64,000 nucleotides of DNA from Eledone cirrhosa (GCA_964016885.1 OZ024747.1:21204001-21268000); one strand, 5' to 3'; positions 27,838 to 41,285 are shown, counted from the first letter of the stretch. The notes: generated by a model not told the origin, from the letters alone. Numbers and translations: made by a program.

Positions 27838-29425
27838 ACGTATGTATGTATATATTCTTTATACATACAAGTCAATCATATCATCCCCAGTACTTGTTTA
27901 TTTATGTCTGGTACTCTTTTTATTAATCTCTATTTCTTGATTCACTATGTTACAGAACAAAAAGAGAGAATTACAATATAATTTCAGTGGATGGTTTCCT
28001 CTGTTTTGGCTTGCCAAGAGCTTGAACCAAGCCAGCCAAAATGAAGAAGTCCCTTCATTGTCAGTATGCTCTGCACTTAAATTAGTATCAAGCAATACTC
28101 TGATTTGTGGACATCCCACTTCACAAACCATGAATGAACATATGGAAGATAGCAGCTACATGAAGAGATGCACTACAAAAGCCCTTAGATACACTCACTA
28201 TTGCACCCTAGCAGCTCCTCTCTCTACTCCCTCTACCCCTTGTACATCCCCACTACAACCCCTTTCTTATCTCTTCTTCACTGCCCTCCACTATAGTCTA
28301 TCGACCACACACCCCACACCACAGCACTATATTTACTCTCCCCATACACTATCAGCTACCCATTCCCCTTACACATACACCAATAACTTCATATTTATCT
28401 TCTTCTGCTACCTTCTCCCCAGAGCAGATAGAGCTCTTCAGTTGGGTCTATGGCCAGCAACCTCTCTAGTGACGGTGCTACACAAATACAGCCGGTACAC
28501 CCCATATGGTAATTGGTGACAGAAAGGGCACCCCGTTATATACTTTCAAGAGTTTCTACACAATTTGTCTAACAGGGGATTAGTCGACCTGAGGCTAGGC
28601 TATAGTAAAAATACTTGCTCAAAGTGCCATGTAAGTGGGATCAAACTCAGAAAGACATGACTGCAAAGTAGACATCTGAACCACACATCCATGCCTGCAC
28701 ATCTATATATGTATCTGTGTGTATATGTATGTGTGTGCATGAGTGTATGTGTGTATATGTGTGTATGTATGTGCATCCGTGTGTGTGTGTGTTAAATTTA
28801 TTTACTTTATGTCCGTCCTTCAAGTCGTTTCAAATATTTATGTTATCTTCCAAACATCATCACTTCTACTGTCATAGCTTGTTATTGCTGGAGCTGCCAT
28901 TTCAAACTTCACTCTTCAACACTCTTACTCTTACTCTTAAAGAACCACCCTCCTTGTTTTTCACATTTTCCATCAACATACACACCACCTCCTGCTACCT
29001 TTTTCAAGATCTTTCAATTCCTGCAGCAGATACTTAGGGCTGTATGTGTATGTAGTGTGTAAACAGTGTCGAGAGTAAGAGATGTTGAGCTTGGAAAGTG
29101 CCATAGCTTACTGAACTGCACCAAGCAATGGATGGGTGTGGGGATGGCTCACATACAAGAGTGAGGGAGTGAGAGAAAGAAAGAGAGCAAACACACACTT
29201 ACAATTAGATACACACACACACTTACAATTAGATACACACACATATACATCCATCAATCTCTATCTTATCACTTATCATCTCCTTGCTTGTAGAAAGAAT
29301 TATATTTTTCTTATCACAGTCTTAGAGCAATTAAGTCTGTGTTCACCTGTCTGTGTGTTTGTATATGAGTATGTGTGTATGTTTGCAAACATATATATAT
29401 ATGTGTATGTGTGTATATATATATA

Positions 29426-29456
<31 letters not shown>

Positions 29457-29502
29457 GTGTGTGTGTATATATATATATATGTGTGTGTGTATATATATAT
29501 AT

Positions 29503-29840
29503 ATGGCTTAGTGGTTAGAGCATTGGCCTTGCAATCGAAAGTTTGTGAGTTCAATTCTCAGACCGGGTGATGTGTTGTTTCCTTGAGCAAGGCACTTTAT
29601 TTCACATTGCTCCAGTTTACTCAGCTGTAGAAATGAGATGATAGGGACTGGGGTCCATATCATTCCACTGCAAAGTGGTCGTGGAGGTGCCACGGCAAAA
29701 AAGCACCCAGCACTCACTGTAAATGAGGTTGGTGTTAGGAAGGGCATCCAGCTGTAGAAATCAAGCCAGAATCAGTTCCCGTCCCACCCTTGCAAGCAGG
29801 GAAAAGTGGACGTAAAATGAAATGATGAAATGATGATGAT
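29503..29840 (+). mobile_element. SINE family A copy
   Basis: TGGCTTAGTGG A box, GAGTTCAATTC B box, CORE-like CCTTGAGCAAGGCACTT...TTGCTCC, RTE-type tail, (TGA)n. Confidence 0.88.
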
Positions 29841-30418
29841 ATATGTGTGTGTGTGTGTGTATATATATGTATATATGCATACATACACATACAGACTGTG
29901 TGTATATATATATATATATATATCATTATCACCATAATTATCTAATAGTTATCCACCCCCTGCCCTGCTTGCTGAGTTAGATGGGTAGTCACATTATGAG
30001 ACAGGTGACCATGTCTTACACATACGAATTTGTATTATTGCTTGGTTTTATATATATATATACATGTGTGTGTGTGTATGAGTGTGTTTGTGTGTGTGTG
30101 TTTATATATGTGTGTTTGCATGTCTGTATTATGTTCCTGTGTTTATGTTAAAGCTAAGCATAATAATTCTTATTCATGGATAAGGCAAATCTAAGGGTCA
30201 GCTCTCTTAGGATTATTGTTGTTGTTGTAGTGGTTGGTGGTGATGATGGTGGTGGTGGTGATAGTAGTGGTGGTGATAGTGGTGGTGGTGGTCCTGGTAG
30301 TGGTGGCGCCGACAGCAGTATTAATAGATGATGGCGATAGTGATAGGGTAGGTCACACTATTTGTTTAAAACATTGTTACAAAGAATTGTTTGTAACTAC
30401 ATATAAACAATCATATGT

Positions 30419-30424
<6 letters not shown>

Positions 30425-30478
<54 letters not shown>

Positions 30479-30479
30479 G

Positions 30480-30530
<51 letters not shown>

Positions 30531-30568
30531 GTATATATATGTATATATATATATATAGTGTTCTACCA

Positions 30569-30614
<46 letters not shown>

Positions 30615-30636
30615 GTATATATATATAGTGTTCTAC

Positions 30637-30688
<52 letters not shown>

Positions 30689-30699
30689 GTGTTTTACCA

Positions 30700-30771
<72 letters not shown>

Positions 30772-30835
30772 GTATGTATATATAGTGTTCTACCACTGTA
30801 TATATATTTTTTTATATATATATATATATATATAC
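30425..30835. repeat. (TA)n array with four interspersed AGTGTTYTACCAC(TG) units
   Basis: Units at ~30557, 30627, 30688 and 30784. Confidence 0.85.
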
Positions 30836-31461
30836 AAATATAAATTTAGCGAGAATCGCATTTCGTCGGGTAGAAATTAGCGAAACGCAACTTCCGTATC
30901 GTGCAGACAAGCGCTCCATGGATCTGAAGAAGATACCAGAGCAATAAACATAAGTTAAAATGGTCCTACATACTGAGACGATGGTTAAGAAGCCATTAAC
31001 CACCTTAGCCAAAAAAGCGAACAAGCTAAACGGGTCAAACAAAATGAGATATGATTGAAATAGTTACCCAGACCCTTGGGGAAGATGGAATACTCCGAAA
31101 TTGGGTTTCTGCAACACCTAAATCAATAATACTGTCTGCTTATAAAAAATAAGCTTTTGGTATAATGATCAACAGGTTTTTGTTCTTTGTGCACCAGAAT
31201 CTCACAGGTTATGAAAGCACATGTGAGGTTCTAAGGGGAGAAAACCCCTATTTTGGCCAGTGAATTCAGCATGTGTAGTTATTGCAAAAACCACAGAAAA
31301 CTAATTAAGCTCTCGACCGAGTTGTTTTTAAAATAAACTTAAGCGATTAATCAGACAATAGAATTAACTAAAAAGCCAAAAAAAAATTAACTGATTAATC
31401 GCTTGACTTGGGAGATAAATACAATATATATATATATATATATATAGTTTTAATATAGATG

Positions 31462-31512
31462 AGATTCTACAGGACTAGAACTGTTTCATTCTTTAGAAAT
31501 CATCAGGAATCT
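31462..31512 (-). ncRNA. Type I hammerhead ribozyme (inverted copy)
   Basis: Reverse complement of 31817-31867 with one loop II difference. Confidence 0.8.
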
Positions 31513-31816
31513 GGGTATCAAAAAATAAATATGGTATTTATAGGTCTCTTCAGGTGGTAGGAGAGGGTGGCGAGTGGGATGGGTGTAGGTCATTGGTTGA
31601 TAGAAAAGGGAATTCATTAAAAGCTAATTCTTCAAAGCTAACTTGTTTATAGAATTCTTTCTGTCTTTGTTATTCTAAATATAAACTATAGCTTTGAAGA
31701 ATTAGCTTTTAATGAATTCCCTTTTCTATCAACCAATGACCTACACCCATCCCACTCTCCACCCTCTCCTACCACCTGAAGAGACCTATAAATACCATAT
31801 TTATTTTTTGATACCC

Positions 31817-31867
31817 AGATTCCTGATGATTTCTAGAGAATGAAACAGTTCTAGTCCTGTAGAATCT
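31817..31867 (+). ncRNA. Type I hammerhead ribozyme
   Basis: AGATTC-CTGATGA-tTTCTAGAGAAt-GAAA-CAG-TTCTAGTC-CTG-TA-GAATCT; GUA site; U-U at the base of stem II. Confidence 0.8.
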
Positions 31868-31949
31868 CATCTATATTAAAACTTTTATACTCTGCAATGT
31901 ATTGAGTACCTTACTTACTGTGGTTACCTCCGATTCAACCCGTAATAAC

Positions 31950-31981
<32 letters not shown>

Positions 31982-31985
<4 letters not shown>

Positions 31986-32165
31986 CTGATTCAACTCGGA
32001 ATAACTTACCTATATATATATACATATATATATATAGGTAAGTTATTCCGAGTTGAATCAGAGGTATATATATATATATATATACTTTTATACTCAATAC
32101 ATAGCAGAGTATAAAAGTTTAAATATAGATGAGATTCTACAGGACTAGAACTGTTTCATTCTTTA
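31982..32165. mobile_element. Additional rearranged fragments of the same HHR element family
   Basis: Tail piece ACCTCTGATTCAACTCGGAATAACTTACC inverted across TA (31982-32010 / ~32036-32065); partial minus-strand HHR plus tail at 32084-32165. Confidence 0.75.
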
Positions 32166-32175
32166 TATATATATA

Positions 32176-33033
32176 CATGTAGCAGCTGTGCTGGGACAGC
32201 AAGCAGCAAACAGCCACAGGAAACAAGTACCACCAATCTCTGAGAGGGCTCTGTAGAAACAGTAGACAGCTTCTGCTACCTAGGTGACCGAATTAGCAGC
32301 GGAGGTGGGTGTTCAGAAAGTACAATAACTAGAGTAAGAACGGGATGGAAGAAGTTCGGGGAGCTACTGCCACTGTTAGCTGCAAAAGGCTTTTCCCTCA
32401 AAATGAAAGGCACGCTGTATGATGCGTGTATACGAACAGCAATGTTACATGGTAGTGAGACCTGGCGCTGAAGGTGGAATACTTGTATAGATTAGAAAGA
32501 AACGAAGCCTGCATGCTCCAATGGATGTGTAATAGTAATATACGCGAACGACAAATCATAAATGAATTGAGAGAGAGACTGAGCATAAGAGGAATCAAAT
32601 GCTGTGTGCAGGAGAGGCGGTTGCATTGGTATGGACATGTGATGCGTATGAAGGAAGACAGCTGCATAAAAAGGTGCAGAGCACTAGAAGTCAATGGAAA
32701 CCGCAGAGCCTCTCAAAGGTGATGACACACAACCGTGACCTCTGGCATCCCGCAGTAATACAGAATACCCGACTCCCCACTGGTACAAGCCGAAGCTGAA
32801 GCATATAGACAATATGCCCCCTCACCTTCCCACTGTAAAGTGGACGTGTAGGCGCCACGGTAAATGAGGTTGGTGTTAGGAAGGGATTCCAGCTGTAGAA
32901 ATCAAGCCAGAATCAGTTCCCGTATGAGCAAGACAAGATCAGCCGACCGGACACTGCCCACAACAGGACAACTCGTCTAACCCATGGTAGCGTGGAAGAA
33001 CGGACGTAAAACAGTGATGATGATGATGATGAT
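32176..33033 (+). mobile_element. 5'-truncated RTE-clade LINE (inactive)
   Basis: Highly similar to the reverse complement of ~50169-51030; encodes VDSFCYLGD, GWKKFGELLPLL and RRLHWYGHVMR with stops/frameshifts; (TGA)n tail. Confidence 0.9.
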
Positions 33034-34236
33034 ATATATATATACATGGAGAAAATAAGTCAAACAGTCTCCCCACCTTCACACCTTCATATAATATCCT
33101 CTCATCTAAAATCCAAATTTGAACCCACCCTTATAAACACACACATACATACACATGCACACACACACATATACATAAATACACGCACAAATACACACAC
33201 TCGTTTGCACAGCTACCATCATCAATATCTTACTCACCAAATGACTCCCTCTTGTACTTTGAGAATGTGTTGTGTTGATAGGACTTGCTTCAAAAAGAGA
33301 GGAGAAAGAAAGACAGGGGATCTGCCAAATACCAATGAAACCCATCACTATCATCATCATCATCATCAACCTTATCTCATTTACCCCTTCACCTTCCCCT
33401 TGTCTCTCTCTCTCTCTCTCTCACACACTCACACCTACAGACATTCTTCTCCAAACACCAAATGATGAGATTTAGAGATTTCTTTTGCTGGCAGGAAGGT
33501 TTTGTTAGTCTTTCAACAAATAACACCTTCAAGTTGTTAGCACCTTTTAAGAGGGTAGTAGATAAATAAAACCCTTTCAGCATGTGTGTGTGTGTGTGTG
33601 TGTGTACACGTGCGCTTAATGACTCCCTTCCCACCATCCCTCCCAGTGGATTGCTGGATTTAAGGAGAAAGACAGAACGGATCAGATTGGAAGAACACAC
33701 ACACACATCAAGATGGAAGCTTCTATGTAGTAGCTCATTCTGCTAATAATAGCAGTTAAATATTGCTCAAACTATTTTTTTTAAAAAGGAAAGTATATAT
33801 ATATGCAATAATGTAGTCCTAGATACTCTATGTTTGAAGAGAAAATAATCATGACAAAAACACCTTTGATCATGTGTCTACTCAATTAAGTCTAACCTGG
33901 GCTAAATAACGATGTTGGAGCCTCTATGGGTTCAATTGGCTACCAAAAAATAGAACAAAAATTTCCTTCAAATTACAGCTTTTCATATTAAACAAAAACA
34001 AGAAGTACACAATAAACATGCTATGTCTGAAAAATAAAGGAAGGAATGGTCATAACTGGATCACCTTTCATCCTAAGTCTGCTCAGTCAGAGTTGACTTA
34101 CTGCTCAATAACAACAAATATCCTATACATGTCGGCAATATAGAGATCTTTAAATGTCATCAGATTGTTTTAGAAAACATTACTTTTATGTTTTCATCTT
34201 CGTCCTTCTTGTTTACTTTCCTATGTCTTTGTTTAA

Positions 34237-34659
34237 CCCTTTCGTTACATATTTCTAATGAAAGATTGCCTATGATTCAAATCATTTTGAAAATAATCAA
34301 GGGTTTAGAGGGATTTAGTAATATAACTGACATTTTCATTATTAACCTGGTGTTGAAACATAACTTAACAAATTTTCAAAGAAATTAAAATAGAAGGTTT
34401 TTTAGATAAACATAAACACTTTAACCCTTTTATTACCATATTTCTAGAGAAAGACATCGTTTATGATTTTCAAATCATTTTGAATCTGATCAAGAATTTG
34501 GAGATTTAGCAATATAACTAATTTTACTCATTCTTAAGCTAGTGTTTGGAACATAAAGATTTTAAAATGGAAGGTTTTTAGAAAAACATAAATACTATAA
34601 GATAAGTGGCTTTATATCATGGAAACAAAACTGGTTTTAGGTGGTTTGGTAAAAAAGAC
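34237..34659. mobile_element. Two tandem/nested TTAA MITE family 2 copies
   Basis: TTAACCCTTT starts at 34233 and 34421 with a duplicated body; degenerate right end near 34660. Confidence 0.6.
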
Positions 34660-35111
34660 TTAACATAGCAACAAAACAGCCTTGTAATAGGTTAGAGAGC
34701 ATCACAGACATTGGAAAACAATAACAATGTCTACCAACCTATCTATCTCTCTATCTATCCATCATCTATCCACCATCTATCCACCATCAATCCATCATTT
34801 TTCCAACAACAAAGCCACCTGCCGAGAGTGTCCGCAAGGTTCTTGTCTTTATGTTTATCATCTGTCACAGTGATAAATAAATCACAGTGTATATCGTGGC
34901 TAATATTATTAGAATTGATTCTAATGAATAAAAGATGAAATACTGTGATGGCTGGAGTGGTGAAAAGAAAGTGATAGAGGTAGATTGAAAATTATGAAGA
35001 TGAAAGAAAATTCAGGGATTTGAACACCTTTAAAAGGGATGTTATAATCAACGAATTATTAAATTAAATGTTTACTATACACCCTGACATTGTTTATGTG
35101 TACTATGTTAG

Positions 35112-35145
<34 letters not shown>

Positions 35146-35333
35146 ATCTCCATATGTAGTTGACAGCTGAGAGAAAGGAGTACTCAATACAGAAATAGAG
35201 TTTTACTATTCATTTTATTAAGGCTAAATAGTGAGTCTCTTTACTCTGGAGTTTCGCCTGTTTATCACAGAGTCATCGCATGACAAACCTCAAGGGTAAC
35301 AAGACTCACTATTTAGCCTTAATAAAATGAATA
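35146..35333. mobile_element. Short inverted-repeat element with decayed HHR and left-side tail
   Basis: Arms 35207-35238 / 35302-35333. Minus strand GATGA-CTCTG...CAGGC-GAAA-CTCCAGAG-TA; tail ACTC...GTATTGAGTAC. Confidence 0.6.
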
Positions 35334-35997
35334 TATATATTATGAAATGCATACATATATGTATATAGAAAATATATACGTACATAAATTGTATATATTA
35401 AACATATGCTTGAATCAGCACATCTATATTTATGCATATGTATATCTACACTTAACTGCATACACACACATATACAAACTTAATGGCATTCCCGAATATT
35501 TACAATATATATAAACTATATGTTGGCATGTACAAATATGCACATATATAACTGTGTGCATGAATTTCTATAAGCAAGTATATATGTTTTGTATGTGTGA
35601 CATAGACTCTAGCACTGATATTTATATTTAAAAGTGTAAGAGAACATTTTTGACCTCAAGTGTCAGGGATGAAGGTGTTAATATTATGGTGAAGTACAAA
35701 TAACCTTTTAGGCTAATCTTATTTACAAACCATCAGCGTGGGACTGATAATTTCTCTCACCCCAATAACAACTGTGATCTTCTTTTCAATACACAAGATA
35801 TGTTTTATCTCTTCTTAGATGAGAAACTCCTTGTTTTTTTTTTTTATCCAGATATTTAGATAACTGACATCTTTCTCTCCTAGGCAGCATAAACTTTATT
35901 TTACATACCACTGTCTACATCATGCTATGGAATGTCTATCCATATAAGGGAAGTTTTGTAACCTCTGGGTCAATTCACAATTCACAGACATTTTTAA

Positions 35998-36185
35998 CTC
36001 TTAACGTCCTGAACCTCATGAAACCACATTAGCAAGACATTCTTGAAATAAATTACAAAACAGTACTATGACTGTATCTCATTGAAAAGTATAGTCTTTG
36101 CTTCAGTTTACTACTAATTTTCTCAATGATCTGTCTATCAGTGAAGATATTATAAACATTTAAATTAACAAATCCACTTTTAGAT
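35998..36185. mobile_element. Partial TTAA MITE family 1 copy (opposite orientation)
   Basis: TTAACTCTTAACGTCCTG followed by the reverse complement of the 15244-15471 body. Confidence 0.55.
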
Positions 36186-37082
36186 ATTTTTTAATAAATC
36201 ATTACAAGATGTTACGGCTTGAATATTCAATATGTATATATATATACACACATACACGTGCATATGTATACATACATATATATACATATATATGTGTGTG
36301 TGTATATTATATACACATATGTATATATACATATATATATATATGTGTGTGTGTGTATATATATATATGTGTGTGTGTGTGTGTATATATATATATGTGT
36401 GTGTGTGTATATATATTATATACACATATGTATATATATATATTTATATATAAAATGTAAACATTATTTTGGTAAACTCAAGTCTCCACATAATATAAGC
36501 TAATATAATAACCTCATAGATATAGTGACTAAGTATGTTGTAATTTTACCTGTATGTTACACGATGGTGTTTATATCTAAATTTCTCAAGTTTTCAACAC
36601 TTATACAGATTTTATTTGACTTCAGACAGCATGGAATGTTAACCCATATCGAGGATATCATGTAACCAATAGGTCTATTGGGATCTCACTGAAATTTTTA
36701 ACTTTCATGTAAACCTATTTCATAAAAAAGCAGATGTGCAGCACCAATCCCTGCAGTAAAAGGCAGATATGCAACACCAGTCCCTGTGGTAAAATGCAGA
36801 TATGCAACACCAGTCCTTGAAGAAAAATACATTCATGTTAGGATTTGATACCAGCAATGCAAATTATGGAAATGCTGATACTTCAGTTGTGTTAAAGATA
36901 CAATACCCTCCCTAGTGCTGGTGCCATGATAAATTGCATGGTGCACTCTGCAGAATAAAGAAATGTTTATTAGTGAGATCAGGTTCCAGCCCATCTAAGA
37001 GATCAATTGCTCTGAATAAATATTGTCTAGGTCTGTGATGACTCATCCAATCCAAGCTAACAGAGAAAATGGACATTAAATA

Positions 37083-37264
37083 ATAATTGTTTCTACTTTT
37101 GGCACAATGCCACCAATTACCCCAGTGCATTACAGGTACTTTATTTCATCGACCCCGTAGGGATGAAAAGCAAAGCTAATCTCGGCGGAATTGAACTCAG
37201 AACATAAAGGGTCATAACTCTATGCTATAAAGCATGGTGTCTGATGCTCTACCGATACTGCCAA
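37083..37264 (-). mobile_element. SINE family B copy
   Basis: Reverse-complement colinear with 2049-2228. Confidence 0.82.
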
Positions 37265-37389
37265 AGAAACGCTTTGAAGTATTTCTTTGAGCTCTTTACA
37301 TTCTCAATTCAAACCTTGCCAACTTTCATCTTCCCAAGGTCGATAAAATAAAGTACCAGTCAAGTACTTGGGTCAATATAACTGAATTT

Positions 37390-37624
37390 CCTCTCCATCA
37401 AATTGCTGGCCTTGTGTCTAAATCAGAAACCATTATTTTATCTTCTGTTATCCCCACCCCTCACCCCACCTCTCCATCAAATTGCTGGCCTTGTGTCTAA
37501 ATCAGAAACCATTATTTTATCTTCTGTTATCCCCACCCCCACCCCACCTCTCCATCAAATTGCTGGCCTTGTGTCTAAATCAGAAACCATTATTTTATCT
37601 TCTGTTATCCCCACTCCCACCCGA
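37390..37624 (+). repeat. Three near-identical ~78-bp tandem units made of a SINE B 3' end plus flank
   Basis: CCTCTCCATCAAATTGCTGGCCTTGTGTCTAAATCAGAAACCATTATTTTATCTTCTGTTATCCCCAC... x3, following a partial SINE B at ~37295-37440. Confidence 0.9.
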
Positions 37625-38061
37625 CCCCCATATAATTATTGCAAGCTAAATTCTTCAACACTCCCATGATTTAAATATGTTAAGACAAACTTAGCAATTG
37701 TTTTCCATGTTGATGGCATCTCTGAATTATTTATTTTATAAACACAGATTTTAATCTGAATTCATAGTTGAATAGTGGTTAACATTAGGAAATTGGGAAA
37801 GGCATTTACAACTAAATGCAAATAGCTACAACAAACAAACAATCTTTAATATATAAACATTGATAAATGGATGTACAGGCATAACAAACAGTAATGTTTG
37901 TGCATGTCTGTGTGTGAATGTGTACACACATATGTGTATACATTATGTGAATGGCTAAGATTTTAAAATATAAATTATATATACATATATATAAGACATT
38001 TGTAAGTATGGCCTTCGAAAGAACGAAATTGTGGTTGGGTATGTTTTTGTTTCTCCTCTCA

Positions 38062-38135
<74 letters not shown>

Positions 38136-38162
38136 TATATATATATATATATATACACACAC

Positions 38163-38233
<71 letters not shown>

Positions 38234-38262
38234 TATATATATATATATATATATACACACAC

Positions 38263-38306
<44 letters not shown>

Positions 38307-38665
38307 TACACACACACATATCATCATCATCATCATCATCATCTTCATTTAACGTCCATTTTCCATGCTAGCATGGGTTAGACGGGTATATATATATATA
38401 TATATACTACACACACACACATATATATATATATGTATACTACACACACATATATATATATGTATATTTATATATATATATATACTACACACACACATAT
38501 ATATATATATGTATACTACACACACATATATATATGTATATTTATATATATATATATACTACACACACACATATATATATATATCACCTACCCCCCACTC
38601 TCCTGAGCGTGAATCTAATAAACATTTGTCGTACTGCCTCTCTGTTCTGTCCCTGTTCAATTTTT

Positions 38666-38744
<79 letters not shown>

Positions 38745-39573
38745 GGGGTGCTGGATAAAATTGTGCTGTCACAACAAATTAGTGTATTTAATAGGTTATT
38801 TAAAAATATTTGACATTGAGTTCAGATACAGCTGGGGTAAAACATAAAGCCATCTATATTGCATGAGGTAGATATTGGAATGTTTACCTGGGATAAATCA
38901 GTAGCTTTGCCATGACAGAGGAGGTGATGTTGGTGGTGGTGGTGGTGGTGGTAGTGGTGGTGGTGGTGGTGGTGGTGGTGGTGGTGGTGACGTTGGTGGT
39001 AGTGGTAATAGCATTGATGTTATTGCTGGGGAGGGAGGGGGGTAGTGGGGGGGGGGGGTTATATCAATGTTATTTGTGGTAATGACAGTGATGTTGGTGA
39101 TAATGGTGTGGTTGGTTGTTCTCTGTGGAGGAGGGGGGGGGGAGCAGTGGTGATGATGATGATAGTGTATGGGGGGTGGGAAAAGCTAATAGTGTTGCTA
39201 TGGTTCTAGGCTGTAGTGGTGATTGTGGTAATATCATTGTTGCTGTGGTATTATTGTTGTTGTTGTGGGAGGTGGTGGTGGTGTGTGTGTGTGGGGTGGG
39301 GTGATTAGTGGTGGTGGTGGCGGCGGGTACAATAATATAGCTGTATAGTTATCATTGATGTTGTTTTAAACTTGAGAATATGCTGTTGAATGGAATATGA
39401 AACTTTAATTCTCAAGTAATTAGCAAATATCCTTGAGAAAAATATGTATAACATGGGTATGTACATAATCTGCATCATCATGATCATCATCAGTGTGTGA
39501 GCATGCATGCGTATGATTAAGTATGTGTGTATACATACACATGTGTATATATACACATGCTGTTACTTCTAGG

Positions 39574-39798
39574 CAACAAATAAAATTCAAATGCCATCTT
39601 CAAGTTTTGAGGGCTCATTCAGTAACAGTTTAAATGTTTTAGATAGTATATAGTTATGTATATACATATATATATGAATACATATACACAAACATGTATA
39701 TATATATATATATATATATACATGTTTGTCTAAAACATTTAAACTATTACTGAATGAGCCCTCAAAACTTGTAGATGGCATTTGAATTTTATTTGTTG
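39574..39798. repeat. 72-bp inverted repeat around a TA-rich spacer
   Basis: 39574-39645 is the reverse complement of 39727-39798 with few mismatches. Confidence 0.85.
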
Positions 39799-39892
39799 TA
39801 TGTGTATATATGCATATATATATATATATATATATATATGCATATATACACATATATATACGCATATATATATGCATATATATATATTTATA

Positions 39893-40203
39893 CCCCCACC
39901 CCATCCACACCACCCCTTTCAATGTAAAGTTATGTTGGTACCACAACATCCAGTCCGAAACAAATGAGGTCGTGTAGGTGTCACGACAAAAAAACACACA
40001 GTCCACGCTGTAATGTGGCCGTGTAGGTAACACAGTAAAAACCTCCCTCCCAGTCCACACTGTAAATGTGGTTGGTGTTAGGAAGGGCATCCAGCCGTAG
40101 AAAACCGGCCAGACAGTCCTATACGAGCAAGACAACCAAGTGGGAAAATTCACGTCCAAACCTATGCAAGTGTGGAAGATGGACGTTAAACGATGATGAT
40201 GAT
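39893..40203 (+). mobile_element. RTE LINE subfamily 2 3' tail
   Basis: Near-identical to ~44765-45095; ends GGACGTTAAACG(ATG)n. Confidence 0.8.
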
Positions 40204-40464
40204 GTATTTATATGCATATATATATATATATATGCATATATATATGTACATATCCATACATATATATCTATATATACATGCATATATATATATGTATATA
40301 TACATGCATATATACATCTATATATACACATATATATATATATATATATGTGTATATATATATATATATATGTGTGTATATATATATATATAAAGAAAAA
40401 GAGATGAAATCAAAAATGCAACTGGAGTCTTATTTAAAAAAAATATATATATATTTATTTGGTT

Positions 40465-40502
40465 CCTTTACCGGTTTCGCAGTTCTTCTGCTTTTCAAAA
40501 GG
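40465..40502 (-). ncRNA. Minimal hammerhead ribozyme, U3-A8 variant (inverted copy)
   Basis: Exact reverse complement of 40567-40604. Confidence 0.82.
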
Positions 40503-40566
40503 TGAGTTGAGATGGAGGGTCTGTGGTTTTTCTCACGAAAAACCACAGACCCTCCATCTCAACTCA

Positions 40567-40604
40567 CCTTTTGAAAAGCAGAAGAACTGCGAAACCGGTA
40601 AAGG
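40567..40604 (+). ncRNA. Minimal type I hammerhead ribozyme, U3-A8 variant
   Basis: CCTT-TTGAAAA-GCAG-AAGAA-CTGC-GAAA-CCGG-TA-AAGG: perfect stems I and II, palindromic stem III ACCGGT, GUA site. Confidence 0.85.
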
Positions 40605-41285
40605 AACCAAATAAATATATATATTTTTTTTTTAAATAAGACTCCAGTTGCATTTTCGATTTCATCTCTTTTTCTTTATACTTTCACTCGTGTAGGACAC
40701 CTCGGTTATTTTTCATTTTGTAAAAAAAACCTCACTTTCTAATATATATATATATGTATATACCTAAATTTGTTCACAAAATTCTGTTAAAATCTGATGA
40801 TGTCACACCAGTGCCAGTTGCTGTTGTAATGAGTGTGAATCATTTGTACACTGGTGTCATTGCAATATACATTATGCAATAAATAGAATTATGTAACCAT
40901 AACATCTCTCTTAATCTGAATTGGTATATATATATATACATATATATGCATATATATACATATATAAAAAAAAATATATATATATATATATATGCACAAC
41001 ACAGCCCTAAAAGCAAGTTGATTGCCAGGAAATCCCAGTGGTAGGAAGACTTGGGTGAAGGTGGTGAGAGCTGAACTCAAATCAGTGAGACTCACAAAGG
41101 AACATGGGAGTGAGTGGAGGGATGCTTTGCTAAAAAGGACCCGTCTAACCCATGTGAGCACGGAAAATCAGACATAAACATAATGATGAGGATGATACAC
41201 CACATACACACACATATATATATATATAAATATATATTTAAACATATACTTATGCAAATATAAAAATTACATACAGATATATATA

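Larger units (their letters stand above)
31446..31951. mobile_element. Inverted-repeat HHR element with right-side tail
   Basis: ~195 bp arms 31446-31640 / 31689-31883, tail 31884-31951, (TA)n flanks; same family as 51476-51671. Confidence 0.85.
40389..40742. mobile_element. Near-perfect palindromic HHR element with right-side tail
   Basis: ~143 bp arms 40389-40531 / 40538-40680 with a ~6 bp loop, tail to ~40742, (TA)n flanks. Confidence 0.85.

Noticed and set aside
27587-27940. Recurrent ORF MPFLTPTSFTVSAGCFF... (also 25760, 29508, 41383, 49259, 60198) as a gene family
   Set aside because: It is the antisense reading of the SINE A / RTE tail.
30540-30800. CRISPR-like repeat-spacer pattern
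   Set aside because: Units are ~15 bp, spacers are pure TA, the context is eukaryotic and there are no cas genes.
31060-31115. GAAGA-TGGA-ATAC-TCC-GAAA HHR-like stretch
   Set aside because: Core too degenerate and no convincing stem III.
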